A DNA stretch of 64,000 bases from Candidatus Omnitrophota bacterium (GTDB taxonomy: Bacteria > Omnitrophota > Gorgyraeia > Gygaellales > Profunditerraquicolaceae), in NCBI GenBank assembly GCA_022710715.1, contig JAKLGJ010000001.1, positions 426,041-490,040 on the forward strand, in the 5' to 3' direction. Both the position numbers and the translations under genes were made by a program. The notes beneath the pieces are model-generated. The model saw nothing but the letters and a program-made list of their open reading frames with translations, did no database searches and was not told where the DNA came from. Positions 18,001-27,491 of this stretch are shown here, one piece after another; positions within the stretch are counted from its first letter, which is position 1; each line of letters opens with the position of its first letter.

Positions 18001-18156
18001 AATACTAAGGTGCTATGAAGAATATAATATCATTGATCAAAACTATTAAAGAAAATTGGAACGAAATCAAGCGGCAAGTCGAAGTGCATATGTTCCTGCA
18101 AAGGTACATCTCCCGCAGTCGTTCTCGCGTCAAATAATTTTATAGTTGAAAGAAGG

Positions 18157-19020
18157 ATGGCAGGTATGGGCAGTCAGTTAAAGAAAATCAGTTTCGTGGT
18201 CATTCTCCTCGGGTTTTTATTCGTGCTCGAACCGGCGTTGAGGAACAAAGTCACTTTCGCGGTGCCGTTTTTCTCCAACAGCCAGGTCGATTACGAAAAG
18301 GCGCAGGATCTATTTGTGGAAACGCCGGCGATAGCGCCTGCGGCGCCGCAAAAGGGGCGTGCTCCTGAACCCGCAACGTTGATCCTCTTTCTGGGAGGGA
18401 TCGGCGGGATCATGATGCGCTACGTGCGCTTCGGTTTTGCCAAGATCAAGCGGGTCATGGATCTGGTCCTTGCCGTCGTGGGGCTGACTTTAAGCGCTCC
18501 TGTGGTGATATTCGCGGCCGCGTTGATCAAACTGGATTCTCCGGGCCCGGTGATTTATCAGCAGAAGAGGCTGGGTAAGCACGGCAAGGTTTTCAAGATT
18601 TACAAGCTGCGTACCATGGGCTGCGACGCGGAGAAGAACAGCGGCGCGGTGTGGGCTAAGAAAAACGATCCGCGTATTACCCCGGTGGGACGCCTGTTGC
18701 GTAAAACCCGCATCGATGAAATACCCCAGCTTTTGAATGTGTTCAAAGGCGAGATGAGCATAGTCGGACCGCGGCCGGAGCGCCCTGAACTGGTTCGGGA
18801 CCTGAAGGTCCTGATCTCCGATTACGAAAAGCGCTTGAGTGTCAAACCGGGCATTACCGGCATGGCGCAGGTTTTGCATAAATATGATGAGAGTATCGAT
18901 GATGTTCGCACTAAAGTCAGCTATGACCTTATGTACATCAGGAATATGCGGTTGAGCACGGATTTGCAGATCATGGCCCGCACGTTCGGCGTAGTACTGA
19001 CCGGTAAGGGAGCGAATTAA
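18157..19020 (+). CDS. Bacterial sugar transferase (EpsB/WbaP-type undecaprenyl-phosphate glycosyl-1-phosphate transferase, C-terminal domain type) carrying an in-frame N-terminal mini PEP-CTERM-like module
   Basis: The catalytic part starts with DLVLAVVGLTLSAPVVIFAALIKL and includes KLRTM and PRPE motifs. Residues 1-92 read as signal peptide, short Pro/Ala spacer, then APEPATLILFLGGIGGIMMRYVRF. An alternative start is ATG 18412, preceded by GGGAGGG. Confidence 0.8.
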   Translation: MAGMGSQLKKISFVVILLGFLFVLEPALRNKVTFAVPFFSNSQVDYEKAQDLFVETPAIAPAAPQKGRAPEPATLILFLGGIGGIMMRYVRFGFAKIKRVMDLVLAVVGLTLSAPVVIFAAALIKLDSPGPVIYQQKRLGKHGKVFKIYKLRTMGCDAEKNSGAVWAKKNDPRITPVGRLLRKTRIDEIPQLLNVFKGEMSIVGPRPERPELVRDLKVLISDYEKRLSVKPGITGMAQVLHKYDESIDDVRTKVSYDLMYIRNMRLSTDLQIMARTFGVVLTGKGAN

Positions 19021-19065
19021 TAGATGTTGTTTATTCCTAACCACGGGAAGAAAGGAAAAAAGTCA

Positions 19066-19812
19066 ATGAAGAAGAGTATACTTGCGATGATTATGCTGGG
19101 GGTTGTGCTGACGGCGGGCAGCGCTTTCGCTTACACTTTCAATGACGCCACCCATGACAGCGTGGGGTATCCTAATTTCGAGCTGTTCGGGATGAATATC
19201 AATCAGTCGGGGTCGTCTTTGACCTTCGATATCTTTACCAATTATTCCGGCCAGCAGACCGTAGGCAGCTGGACCACCTATGCCGCTGACCTGGGTATCG
19301 ATGTGGACGGCAATGCCAGCACCCTGGAATACGGCGTGGCATTCCGTAATAACGGAAGCTTGACCTCCGGCGAATTGTACCGGGTCAATACCGCTTATAA
19401 CAGCACCTTGAGCAACGGCTGGGGAACCTACGCCGATGTGCTTAACGGCTGGTATACTTCGGATCATTTCGCGCCGTATCATCATTCCGGCGTGGGGTAT
19501 ATTTACAACGAGAACCTGCCGGTGAGCATCGCCCAGATCCTGGGCGGCAGTCCTCTGGCGTACGGCACCGTGGCCTGGAGTACGCCGCAGTCTGCCATGC
19601 CCTGGAATCGCGCCAGTGTTACCCTGGATGTTTCCGCGATCTTTTCCGACGCGGCTTACACCGGTAATCTGAATGTGTTCTATGCCGGCGCGACCTGCGC
19701 CAACGATTATGTATCCGGGAAAGTTCCTCCGGCAGTACCGGAACCCGCGACCATGACTTTGCTGGGCCTGGGAGCTATGGGCCTGGTTGGGCTGAAAAAG
19801 AGAAAAGCTTAA
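19066..19812 (+). CDS. PEP-CTERM sorting-domain secreted protein 1
   Basis: Signal peptide MKKSILAMIMLGVVLTAGSAFA. C-terminus VPEPATMTLLGLGAMGLVGLKKRKA. Confidence 0.8.
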   Translation: MKKSILAMIMLGVVLTAGSAFAYTFNDATHDSVGYPNFELFGMNINQSGSSLTFDIFTNYSGQQTVGSWTTYAADLGIDVDGNASTLEYGVAFRNNGSLTSGELYRVNTAYNSTLSNGWGTYADVLNGWYTSDHFAPYHHSGVGYIYNENLPVSIAQILGGSPLAYGTVAWSTPQSAMPWNRASVTLDVSAIFSDAAYTGNLNVFYAGATCANDYVSGKVPPAVPEPATMTLLGLGAMGLVGLKKRKA

Positions 19813-19828
19813 AAAAAAGCAAGGAGCA

Positions 19829-20482
19829 ATGATGCGTTTGACAACGAAAGTATGCCTGATCCTGGTGAGCGTCATTTTTTATTCGGTTCTCTCGAGCGGC
19901 CTGGCTTTAGCCATCCCGGCTTTACAGGTTTATATTCCCGGAGCAGCATATACCGATTCGAGAGAAGAAAGCTGGGTTACGCAGGAATCCGCCTTCGAAT
20001 TATGGGTGATCGCCGCGCAGCGGGATGTTGCCGACGTTTATCTGACCATGGCGGTTCCTGGCGGGCAGAATGGTTCGATCAGTATCGCAGCTCTGCCTGT
20101 GTCCGGTCCGGCAGCAGTTTTTACCCCTGTTTTGTCCGGTAATCCCGGATACGCCCCGCACGGCGTCTATCCGTCGCTTTACGCGGAATATTTTCTCGAC
20201 GATATGCGCGTGAGCCCCGACCAACTGGTGTATAACATGGTCAATCCGGCAAGCGAAGCCGGCCAGTCCGGCAATATCGCGCGGTTTTGGGTGGAAGTGA
20301 ACGGGTACGACAGCGTGCATTTCGACGCGCGCGGCGACGGCTGGAATAATCAGGGCAAAGCAGTCACCTGCAATCCGAATTCGCATGATTCTAAATATTC
20401 CGCAGTGCCCGAGCCGTTAAGCTTGAGCCTGCTGGGGCTGGGCGTGGCGGGTCTGTTCGGTTTGAGGAAGCGCAAAGCTTGA
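19829..20482 (+). CDS. PEP-CTERM sorting-domain secreted protein 2
   Basis: RBS AAGGAG upstream. C-terminus VPEPLSLSLLGLGVAGLFGLRKRKA. Confidence 0.8.
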   Translation: MMRLTTKVCLILVSVIFYSVLSSGLALAIPALQVYIPGAAYTDSREESWVTQESAFELWVIAAQRDVADVYLTMAVPGGQNGSISIAALPVSGPAAVFTPVLSGNPGYAPHGVYPSLYAEYFLDDMRVSPDQLVYNMVNPASEAGQSGNIARFWVEVNGYDSVHFDARGDGWNNQGKAVTCNPNSHDSKYSAVPEPLSLSLLGLGVAGLFGLRKRKA

Positions 20483-20542
20483 TCGATTTTGTTTGTATAT
20501 AGATGTTAAAATAACGCACCTTGAAAGGGGGTGAGTACGTTA

Positions 20543-21175
20543 ATGCGAAAAGTTCTATTAGCAACAGTGGTAGGAGTATTGTTATGCGCTACATCTGCTT
20601 TCGCTCTGCCTTTTGATTCCAGCGGTTGGGTCAACCCCAATCTGAACGGTTTGTGGAACGAAGCTCAGGCCAGCGGGACCGCGCAATATACTTTCTACGT
20701 CGATAATCCGACTGTTTCGGTCACGGGTTTGTCTTTGCAGTTCGAAGGCGATATCTTTGACCTCTCACAGATGGATATTTCGGATTTTACCATGGTCGCT
20801 CCGGCAGGTTGGACCACCAGCATCTATGTCGAGAATTCGACATTGTACTGGTCGATGTCCGGCGGCTCGGCAGTTACTTCGGTGAATAATCCGATCACGC
20901 TCGACGTGGATTATGTTTTGCAGGACGCTAACCGGATGTATTTCGGCAATAATCAACAGGCCGGCGACGCGCAAGTGTGGGGCTGGAACGAAGCGCAGGG
21001 AGCCAATACCGCCTGGTCACAGAAGTATGCTTTGACCGGACCCGGGCCGCACCCGGTTTTAGACCCGGTGAATTTCAGCGGTGGTTCTACCGGCTCTGCA
21101 GTTCCGGAACCAGCGAGCATGATGCTTTTAGGTATGGGTTTGGCAGGGCTGGTGTCGTTGAGAAAAAAGGCCTAG
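20543..21175 (+). CDS. PEP-CTERM sorting-domain secreted protein 3
   Basis: Start MRKVLLATVV follows RBS AAAGGGGGTGAG. C-terminus VPEPASMMLLGMGLAGLVSLRKKA. Confidence 0.8.
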   Translation: MRKVLLATVVGVLLCATSAFALPFDSSGWVNPNLNGLWNEAQASGTAQYTFYVDNPTVSVTGLSLQFEGDIFDLSQMDISDFTMVAPAGWTTSIYVENSTLYWSMSGGSAVTSVNNPITLDVDYVLQDANRMYFGNNQQAGDAQVWGWNEAQGANTAWSQKYALTGPGPHPVLDPVNFSGGSTGSAVPEPASMMLLGMGLAGLVSLRKKA

Positions 21176-21203
21176 GCAGCAACAGTTTCTCAAAACAACA
21201 GTC

Positions 21204-21262
21204 TGACAATGCCCCCTAGAGGAGCATTTACGTAAGTGCACAAAAAGGGGGCAGATCAGCGA
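21204..21262 (+). terminator. Rho-independent terminator (AAGGGGGCA...TGCCCCCTT plus T7)
   Basis: A 9-bp GC-rich stem followed by TTTTTTT, immediately after PEP-CTERM gene 3. Confidence 0.6.
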
Positions 21263-21337
21263 TGATTTGCCCCTTTTTTTACAATCAAGGAAAGTACGTG
21301 GCTAATGACTTCATACGAGGCGCACAATGAGGTGACG

Positions 21338-21368
21338 GCAAAAGCTTAATCGCTTTTGCTTTTTTATT
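21338..21368 (+). terminator. Second terminator hairpin (GCAAAAGC/GCTTTTGC plus T-run)
   Basis: An 8-bp stem with a 6-nt loop, followed by TTTTTTATTT. Confidence 0.45.
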
Positions 21369-21414
21369 TATGCGCATCTAGATTAAATCTGAAAAAGAAG
21401 GGAGGTGAAATAAA

Positions 21415-21957
21415 ATGAAAAGAATGATCACTCTGATCGCGTTTGCAGTCACTCTGATGATCTCCACAGCGGCATTTGCTTTGCCGGTGTTGGTGGGCGA
21501 TGTGTATGACGGAGCAAGCTGGGGCCAGGGGTTCTACGAATCGGGAGTCGGCACGTTTGACCAGGTGGAAGTTGCCTGGTTGAGCGGCGATGTTTTTGAA
21601 GCTCCTGCTTTCCGGAACTTCTCCAGCGCGGGTTGGGTTTCTTCCGATCCGTCCGCTCTGTTTGCTTCTGCCGTAGGTCCTGATGCGACCTATCTGTCGT
21701 TCAATCTGGTTTTCGAAGGTGTCCCTGCTGATACCTACAGGACCGGATATCTCTTCCGTGCCGCTAATAACGGTAGTACGTTGGAAGTGGCTAACGCGTC
21801 TTTTAACGGCAGTAACTGGACTATCACGGCTGCCAGCCAGACCGATTGGGACAGAGCAGTGGCAAGCAACAATACCGCCGCTGTTCCTGAACCGGGAACG
21901 ATGATGCTCTTAGGGATGGGTGCACTAGGATTGGTAGGTTTGAAAAGACGGTCCTGA
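21415..21957 (+). CDS. PEP-CTERM sorting-domain secreted protein 4
   Basis: RBS GAAGGGAGG upstream, then a signal peptide. C-terminus VPEPGTMMLLGMGALGLVGLKRRS. Confidence 0.8.
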   Translation: MKRMITLIAFAVTLMISTAAFALPVLVGDVYDGASWGQGFYESGVGTFDQVEVAWLSGDVFEAPAFRNFSSAGWVSSDPSALFASAVGPDATYLSFNLVFEGVPADTYRTGYLFRAANNGSTLEVANASFNGSNWTITAASQTDWDRAVASNNTAAVPEPGTMMLLGMGALGLVGLKRRS

Positions 21958-21974
21958 CCTTCCCTGTATCTAGC

Positions 21975-22009
21975 AAGAGGGGGCAGTTGAAAGCTTGCCC
22001 CCTCTTGTG
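21975..22009 (+). terminator. Hairpin CAAGAGGGGGCA...TGCCCCCTCTTG
   Basis: A 12-bp perfect stem of the same GGGGGCA/TGCCCCC type as the terminator at 21204. The T-run is weak. Confidence 0.4.
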
Positions 22010-22051
22010 CATCATCCACTGTAACATATTGGTAAATAATTGGTTTTAACC

Positions 22052-22080
22052 TTGACAAAATGCCACGCAGGTGGTATACT
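22052..22080 (+). promoter_or_regulatory. Promoter TTGACA-N17-TGGTATACT
   Basis: Exact -35, a 17-nt spacer and an extended -10. It lies about 40 nt upstream of the RBS AGGGAAAG and ATG 22123. Confidence 0.45.
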
Positions 22081-22122
22081 TTTACCACTGTTTGTTTAAA
22101 AAAAGCAACATTAGGGAAAGCT

Positions 22123-23001
22123 ATGAAAACATCCGCAGTGAAAAAGATCTCCCTGGTTCAGGTCTATGCCGATACGTTCAAGGCAATATTCAAGCGTCCC
22201 AAAGTTCTGTGGCCGTTTGTGATTTTTGCCGGGATTGAACTGTCGACTTTAATGCTTATCTATGCCGCTCCCAGAGTGCCTTTCAATAAGCTGCTGGCGC
22301 CGCCGATCCGCGCTTTCTGGGGAGAGCGTTTCCTGCATTATCCCGCTAATTTCCTGCTTATGCCGACGCTGAATTCTATTGTGAGGAATTTCCTTTCCGT
22401 TTTTATCGCATCTTTATTGACCGGCAGCGCGGTGTATCTGATCTGGGCTCTATATAAAGGAAAGAAGCCCTCTTTTTCCGCGGCATTGAAGCAAGCCGGC
22501 AGGAAGTATTCCGCTTTCCTGGCGGTGGTGCTGCTGACCATTTTTCTCTTTTTCGTTGTGCTTAAAATCATGGATTTTCTGCTGGTAAAGTTCTTTGTCG
22601 CCGGCCATACCAGCCTTTTGAAAATGGGGCCGAGGATCTGGTTCGGACCTTTGAAGGTGATCATGAATATTTTTGCGGGCATGCTCATCCAGGGCGTGCT
22701 CGTCTATGCTATCCCGATCCTGGCTATCGGCAATGATCATTTCTTCAAGGCGATCGGCAAATCCTGCGCGTTGTTCGGCAAGCACTTTTTCAAAACCCTG
22801 ACGCTGTTGGTGCTGCCGTTTCTGGCGTATATTCCCATCGTGGTCTTGCAGTATAATTCCGCTTCTCTGGTCGATCGTTTCTTCCCCGAACTTATCCTGG
22901 GGATCTGTATAGTCGGGATACTCATCAGTTCATTGATCGTGGATTTAGTGGTCACGCTTTCGACCACGTTCTTCTATATAAGGGTTAAAGAAAATGCCTA
23001 G
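22123..23001 (+). CDS. Polytopic integral membrane protein (hypothetical)
   Basis: Start moved to MKTSAVKK, which follows the promoter and RBS. Six or more hydrophobic helices. No motif recognised. Confidence 0.5.
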   Translation: MKTSAVKKISLVQVYADTFKAIFKRPKVLWPFVIFAGIELSTLMLIYAAPRVPFNKLLAPPIRAFWGERFLHYPANFLLMPTLNSIVRNFLSVFIASLLTGSAVYLIWALYKGKKPSFSAALKQAGRKYSAFLAVVLLTIFLFFVVLKIMDFLLVKFFVAGHTSLLKMGPRIWFGPLKVIMNIFAGMLIQGVLVYAIPILAIGNDHFFKAIGKSCALFGKHFFKTLTLLVLPFLAYIPIVVLQYNSASLVDRFFPELILGICIVGILISSLIVDLVVTLSTTFFYIRVKENA

Positions 23002-23833
23002 ACGACTTTCTTCTCTGGTTGCCGTTTTACTCATCGCCTGCGCCTGCGCCGGCTGTATGGAAGACCAGTATTCGCTGGAGCGCGGTTTCTGGAAGATCAA
23101 AAAGCAGGCGGAACTGGTTTTCAGGAATCCGAAGGCTACGCCGATGAAGGAGGTCGACCGGGTCATCGGGCTGTTCGATGGTTTCATCGCCAGGTATCCC
23201 AAGAATGTTCTGGCACTATCCAGCGAATTTCAGGTCGCGCGTCTGTATCTGGTCAAGGAGGAATACGATAAGGGCAGGCAGCGTTTGAAACGGATGCTGA
23301 TTAAGTACAAGAAGCTGCCCGTAGTCTGCTCCGAGATCCAGCATTTGAACGCCACGTCGTATCAGATGCAGGACCAGTGGGCGACTGCTCTGGAAGAATT
23401 CAAGAAAGTCTATCAGCAGTACTCTTTGACGCAGCGGGGGCTGGAAACGCCTTTGTATATCGGTTTGTACTATAAAAGCAAGGTCGAGCCGGACAAAATG
23501 ATCGCGGCGCTCAATGAAGCGATCGAGCATTATTACTCCGTGATCCAGAAGTATCCGGAATCGGCGGCGGCTTTTCGTTCCTATGCCATGATCACTGCCG
23601 CCTACGGCCTGATGAAGCGCTGGCCGGAAGCAGCGCAGAATATATCGGTGATGATCGAGAAGTTCAAGGACAAGGTCCCGATGGACCGGGCGCTGTTTGA
23701 TCTGGCCGTGCTTTATCGCAAGGAATTGAAGGATACTGCGCGCGCGCGGGCGGCGTTGCTGCGTTTGACCGGCGATTATCCCAAAAGCAAGCTGGTCAAA
23801 TTAGCCAACGAGCTGCTCAAAACGCTTAAATAA
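22994..23833 (+). CDS. TPR-like lipoprotein (hypothetical)
   Basis: The signal sequence ends at the lipobox LIACACAGC. The helical repeat content is TPR-like. It overlaps the upstream gene by 8 nt. Confidence 0.45.
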   Translation: MPRRLSSLVAVLLIACACAGCMEDQYSLERGFWKIKKQAELVFRNPKATPMKEVDRVIGLFDGFIARYPKNVLALSSEFQVARLYLVKEEYDKGRQRLKRMLIKYKKLPVVCSEIQHLNATSYQMQDQWATALEEFKKVYQQYSLTQRGLETPLYIGLYYKSKVEPDKMIAALNEAIEHYYSVIQKYPESAAAFRSYAMITAAYGLMKRWPEAAQNISVMIEKFKDKVPMDRALFDLAVLYRKELKDTARARAALLRLTGDYPKSKLVKLANELLKTLK

Positions 23834-23840
23834 GGATGCT

Positions 23841-25034
23841 ATGTTAGCGGACGACAAGCACAACAGGGAACATCAGGTCAGGGAATTCCTGCGCGACAGC
23901 CTCAAGGAAATCATGGGCGTGTTGCGCGCGGAGTCGGGCTCGCTTTTTCTCTTCGATGACCGGACCAAGGAGCTTGTGCTGGAGTCCTATCAGACCCACG
24001 CCCAGCTTACCATCAATAAAGTCAAGTTCAGGGTGGGAGAGGGGGTCACGGGTAAGGTTGTGGAGAAAAAAGCGCCGGTGCTGGTCAAGGACATCGATCA
24101 GGACAACCGGTTCACCCGTAACGGGTTCAAACATTACCATACCAAATCGTTCATCTCCGTGCCCTTGATGGCTCCGGACGGGTTGCTGGGAGTAATCCAT
24201 ATCGCCGATAAATCCAATCGCGAGCCGTTCACCGAAAAGGACCTGGAATTCGCCACTACCCTGGCCCAGTACGCCTGTATTATCGCCTATAACCTTACCC
24301 TGGCCGAAAAGCTGCGCCAGGAAAAAGAAGAGCTGGATAAGCAGAAGGTGCTGCTGGAAAAATACGCCTCGGTAGGCAAGCTTGCCGCGGGCGTGGTGCA
24401 TGAAGTCAATAACCCGCTTGACGGGATCATCCGTTTTACCAATATGCTGCTCAATCAGATCGAAGATAATTCGGTGATGAAAGAGTATTTGCTGGAGATC
24501 AAGCGCGGGTTGAACCGCATCGAGAACATTACCAAGTCTTTGCTGCAGTTTTCGCATCAGGTCAACAACAGCCACCGCCACACCGCGCCTATCAGCGTGC
24601 ATGACCTGATCGAAGAATCCTTATCGGTATTCAGCGATCGGATCAACGAGGGCGTGCAGGTGAACAGAAATTTCGCAATGTTGAATGTCCGGCTGCTTGA
24701 CCTGGGATTATCGCATGTTTTCATCAATTTGATCAAGAATGCGCTGGACGCCATGCCCGACGGCGGAACGCTGGATATCGATACCCGGGTCAATGGCGAT
24801 TTTATACAGATCGTTTTTAGCGATTCCGGCACGGGAATGTCCGCCGAGGTAAGCGAACACATCTTCGAACCGTTTTTTACCACCAAGGCCAAGGATAAAG
24901 GTACGGGCCTGGGTCTGGCTATCTGTCGCGAGATAATTAACCGTTACGAGGGGACGATCGAAGTGCGCAGCGCCCTGAATGAAGGCAGCGCATTCACTAT
25001 CAGTATCCCGAGAAAGTTCCTGCAGAATGTTTAA
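23841..25034 (+). CDS. Cytoplasmic GAF-domain sensor histidine kinase
   Basis: GAF N-terminus, H-box HEVNNPL, N/G boxes DSGTGM..GTGLGLAI. No TM segments. Confidence 0.75.
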   Translation: MLADDKHNREHQVREFLRDSLKEIMGVLRAESGSLFLFDDRTKELVLESYQTHAQLTINKVKFRVGEGVTGKVVEKKAPVLVKDIDQDNRFTRNGFKHYHTKSFISVPLMAPDGLLGVIHIADKSNREPFTEKDLEFATTLAQYACIIAYNLTLAEKLRQEKEELDKQKVLLEKYASVGKLAAGVVHEVNNPLDGIIRFTNMLLNQIEDNSVMKEYLLEIKRGLNRIENITKSLLQFSHQVNNSHRHTAPISVHDLIEESLSVFSDRINEGVQVNRNFAMLNVRLLDLGLSHVFINLIKNALDAMPDGGTLDIDTRVNGDFIQIVFSDSGTGMSAEVSEHIFEPFFTTKAKDKGTGLGLAICREIINRYEGTIEVRSALNEGSAFTISIPRKFLQNV

Positions 25035-26436
25035 TCCCGAAGAGCAAGCGCGTCATATCAATATCCTGGTAGTCGACGATGAGCCGCTGGTCAGACGTTC
25101 GTTAAGCGAGTTCCTGACTCTGGAAGGCTACACGGTCAGCTCCGCTTCCAACGGGAAGGAAGGACTGCAGGCGCTTAAAGAGTACGTGGCGGATATCATT
25201 ATTACCGATATCAAAATGCCGGAAATGGACGGCATGCAGATGCTTGCGGAGGTCAGGAAGCATTATCCGCAGACGTCGGTCATCGTGATCACCGGCTACG
25301 GCAGCATCGAGAATGCGGTGGAAGCCATGAAGCAGGGGGCGTACGATTATATCACCAAGCCGATCATCGATAACGAGATCCGGCTGGTGTTGCAGCGATT
25401 GATCAGGCAGCAGCAGTTGATCGAGGAGAACATCAAGCTTAAGGAGCAGATTTCGGCGGTCCAGCGCGAGAAGTTCCTGGATATCGTGGGCAAAGACGAG
25501 AAGATGCAGAAAATTTACACGTTGATCGAAGCGATCGCCTGTACCCGTTCGACGGTATTGATTCACGGGGAAAGCGGCACCGGCAAGCATCTCATCGCCC
25601 ATGCCATACATGATTTTAACGAGATGGAGCGCGGCAAGCCGTTTGTGGAAGTCAGCTGCGGCGCATTGACCGAGACGCTTCTGGAAAGCGAACTCTTCGG
25701 GCACGTCAAGGGCGCGTTTACCGGCGCGATCAAGGATAAGGTCGGGCGTTTCGAGCTGGCTGACGGCGGCACCATTTTTCTGGACGAGATCGACGCTTTT
25801 TCGCCGGCGCTGCAGGTAAAGCTGCTGCGCGTGTTGCAGGAAGGCGAATTCGAGCGGGTCGGCGAATCGGATACCCGCAAGGTCGATGTGCGCGTGGTCG
25901 CCGCCAGCAATCAGGATCTGCAGAAGCTGATCGTGGAAGGGAAATTCCGCAAGGATTTGTATTACCGCCTGAATATCATCAATATCGATATCCCGCCGCT
26001 GCGGGATCGCAAGGTGGATATTCCGCTGTTGATCAATGATTTCCTGGTCAAACATGCCAAGCGCGTGAGCAAGAAAATAGACGGCATTTCCAACAAGGCG
26101 TTATCCATGCTGATCAATTACAACTGGCCGGGAAATATCCGCGAGCTGGAGAATGTGATAGAGCGGGCGATCATTTTGAGCAAAGGGCCGATGATCACCC
26201 CGGAGGACCTGCCGGATTTCCTGAATCACAAATCGGCGGTGGAAGGCGAAGACGAGCCGTACAGGCTCAAGGAGGCAATGCGATCGCCGGAAAAGGATCT
26301 GATCATACGGGCGCTGGATTCGGTCGACTGGAACCGGAACGAAGCGGCAAAAGTTCTGGGGATCAACCGGACCACGCTGTATAAGAAGATGCTCAAGTAC
26401 GGATTATTGAAGAATAAAAGACTGATCAATCAATGA
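25027..26436 (+). CDS. Sigma-54-dependent response regulator (NtrC family: REC, AAA+ sigma-54 activator domain, Fis-type HTH); PrsR-like
   Basis: The receiver domain has Asp in [12 protein letters not shown]. Walker A GESGTGK, GAFTGA motif ([14 protein letters not shown]), and C-terminal [23 protein letters not shown]. The start overlaps the histidine kinase stop by 8 nt. Confidence 0.85.
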   Translation: MFNPEEQARHINILVVDDEPLVRRSLSEFLTLEGYTVSSASNGKEGLQALKEYVADIIITDIKMPEMDGMQMLAEVRKHYPQTSVIVITGYGSIENAVEAMKQGAYDYITKPIIDNEIRLVLQRLIRQQQLIEENIKLKEQISAVQREKFLDIVGKDEKMQKIYTLIEAIACTRSTVLIHGESGTGKHLIAHAIHDFNEMERGKPFVEVSCGALTETLLESELFGHVKGAFTGAIKDKVGRFELADGGTIFLDEIDAFSPALQVKLLRVLQEGEFERVGESDTRKVDVRVVAASNQDLQKLIVEGKFRKDLYYRLNIINIDIPPLRDRKVDIPLLINDFLVKHAKRVSKKIDGISNKALSMLINYNWPGNIRELENVIERAIILSKGPMITPEDLPDFLNHKSAVEGEDEPYRLKEAMRSPEKDLIIRALDSVDWNRNEAAKVLGINRTTLYKKMLKYGLLKNKRLINQ

Positions 26437-27491
26437 AAGATAACGAAAAATTCACGCCTAATACCCTGCCCGGCTTCCAGGAACTTATTCCACTCGATGA
26501 ATGGAACAAGATACAGGATACTTTTTCTTCGATCACTTCGGTCGGATTGCGCACTCTTGACGCCGAAGGCAAGCTGCTTTCAGTTTCTACCGGTCAATTT
26601 TCGCTCTGCGAGGAGCTTAAAGAATCCGCTTACGGCAAGGATTTGTGCACCATGTGCCTGCCGACATTCCTGGGCGGCAAATCCGTCGTCGATAAAAATT
26701 TAAGTTTTACCTGTCCGCCGGGATTCCATAATTTCGTCGCGCCGCTGCGTCTTGACCACAGCAAAGTGGTGGCGTACATCCTGATGGGGCCGGTGGTGCT
26801 GGTGATGCGCCGCCCTAAAGAGCATTACCGTCATCTGGCGGAAGAATTGAATGTTGATTTCGAGGTGCTATGGGAAGCGATCATGTCCACCCGGGTGATT
26901 TCGTTTACCCGCATGCAGTCGCTGGTGGAATTGATCAAAGAGGTCGGCGAATTCGTGCTGCGGCTGGCGTATGAGAGTATGACGCTCGGGCAGGAGGTTG
27001 TGCGCAACGCGACCGGCCGGTTCAGCAACCTTTTACAGGTGCTGCTGGATGTGGCCATACAGGTCAGCGGCGCAGATCTGGGCTCGATTATGCTCTTCGG
27101 AAAAGACAAGCAGGAGATGAGCATCAGAGTTTCCCAGGGATTGCCGGAAAACGTGGTTCGCTCGATCCGGGTTAAGGCAGGGGAGGGGTTGAGCGGCATG
27201 GCGGTGAAAGAAAACCGGCCGATGCTGGTGGATAATGCCGTAGCCGACAACCGTATCCGCAAATACATGAACCGGCCGTATCTGAAATCCTCGATGATCC
27301 TGCCGATTGCCGCTGACGAAAAAGTCCTGGGCGTGCTTAATCTGGGCGCTCTGGAAGTTTCCCCGATCAGCTTCGATAATGAAAAGCTTGACGCCATGAA
27401 CAAGTTGATCGATCTGGCTACCGACGCTTTGTATATCCCCCTCAAGAAACACATCCCCAACAAATCCGACTACTTCTCCAGCCTCCTCTAA
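26433..27491 (+). CDS. Sensory protein with N-terminal PocR-like region and C-terminal GAF domain, no output domain
   Basis: The start overlaps the response regulator stop (ATGA). The second half is GAF-like. The function is inferred only from context. Confidence 0.5.
   Translation: MKDNEKFTPNTLPGFQELIPLDEWNKIQDTFSSITSVGLRTLDAEGKLLSVSTGQFSLCEELKESAYGKDLCTMCLPTFLGGKSVVDKNLSFTCPPGFHNFVAPLRLDHSKVVAYILMGPVVLVMRRPKEHYRHLAEELNVDFEVLWEAIMSTRVISFTRMQSLVELIKEVGEFVLRLAYESMTLGQEVVRNATGRFSNLLQVLLDVAIQVSGADLGSIMLFGKDKQEMSIRVSQGLPENVVRSIRVKAGEGLSGMAVKENRPMLVDNAVADNRIRKYMNRPYLKSSMILPIAADEKVLGVLNLGALEVSPISFDNEKLDAMNKLIDLATDALYIPLKKHIPNKSDYFSSLL

Noticed and set aside
25102-26055. 317-aa ORF antisense to the sigma-54 response regulator
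   Set aside because: The sense strand encodes canonical AAA+ sigma-54 activator motifs (GAFTGA). The antisense ORF is an artefact.
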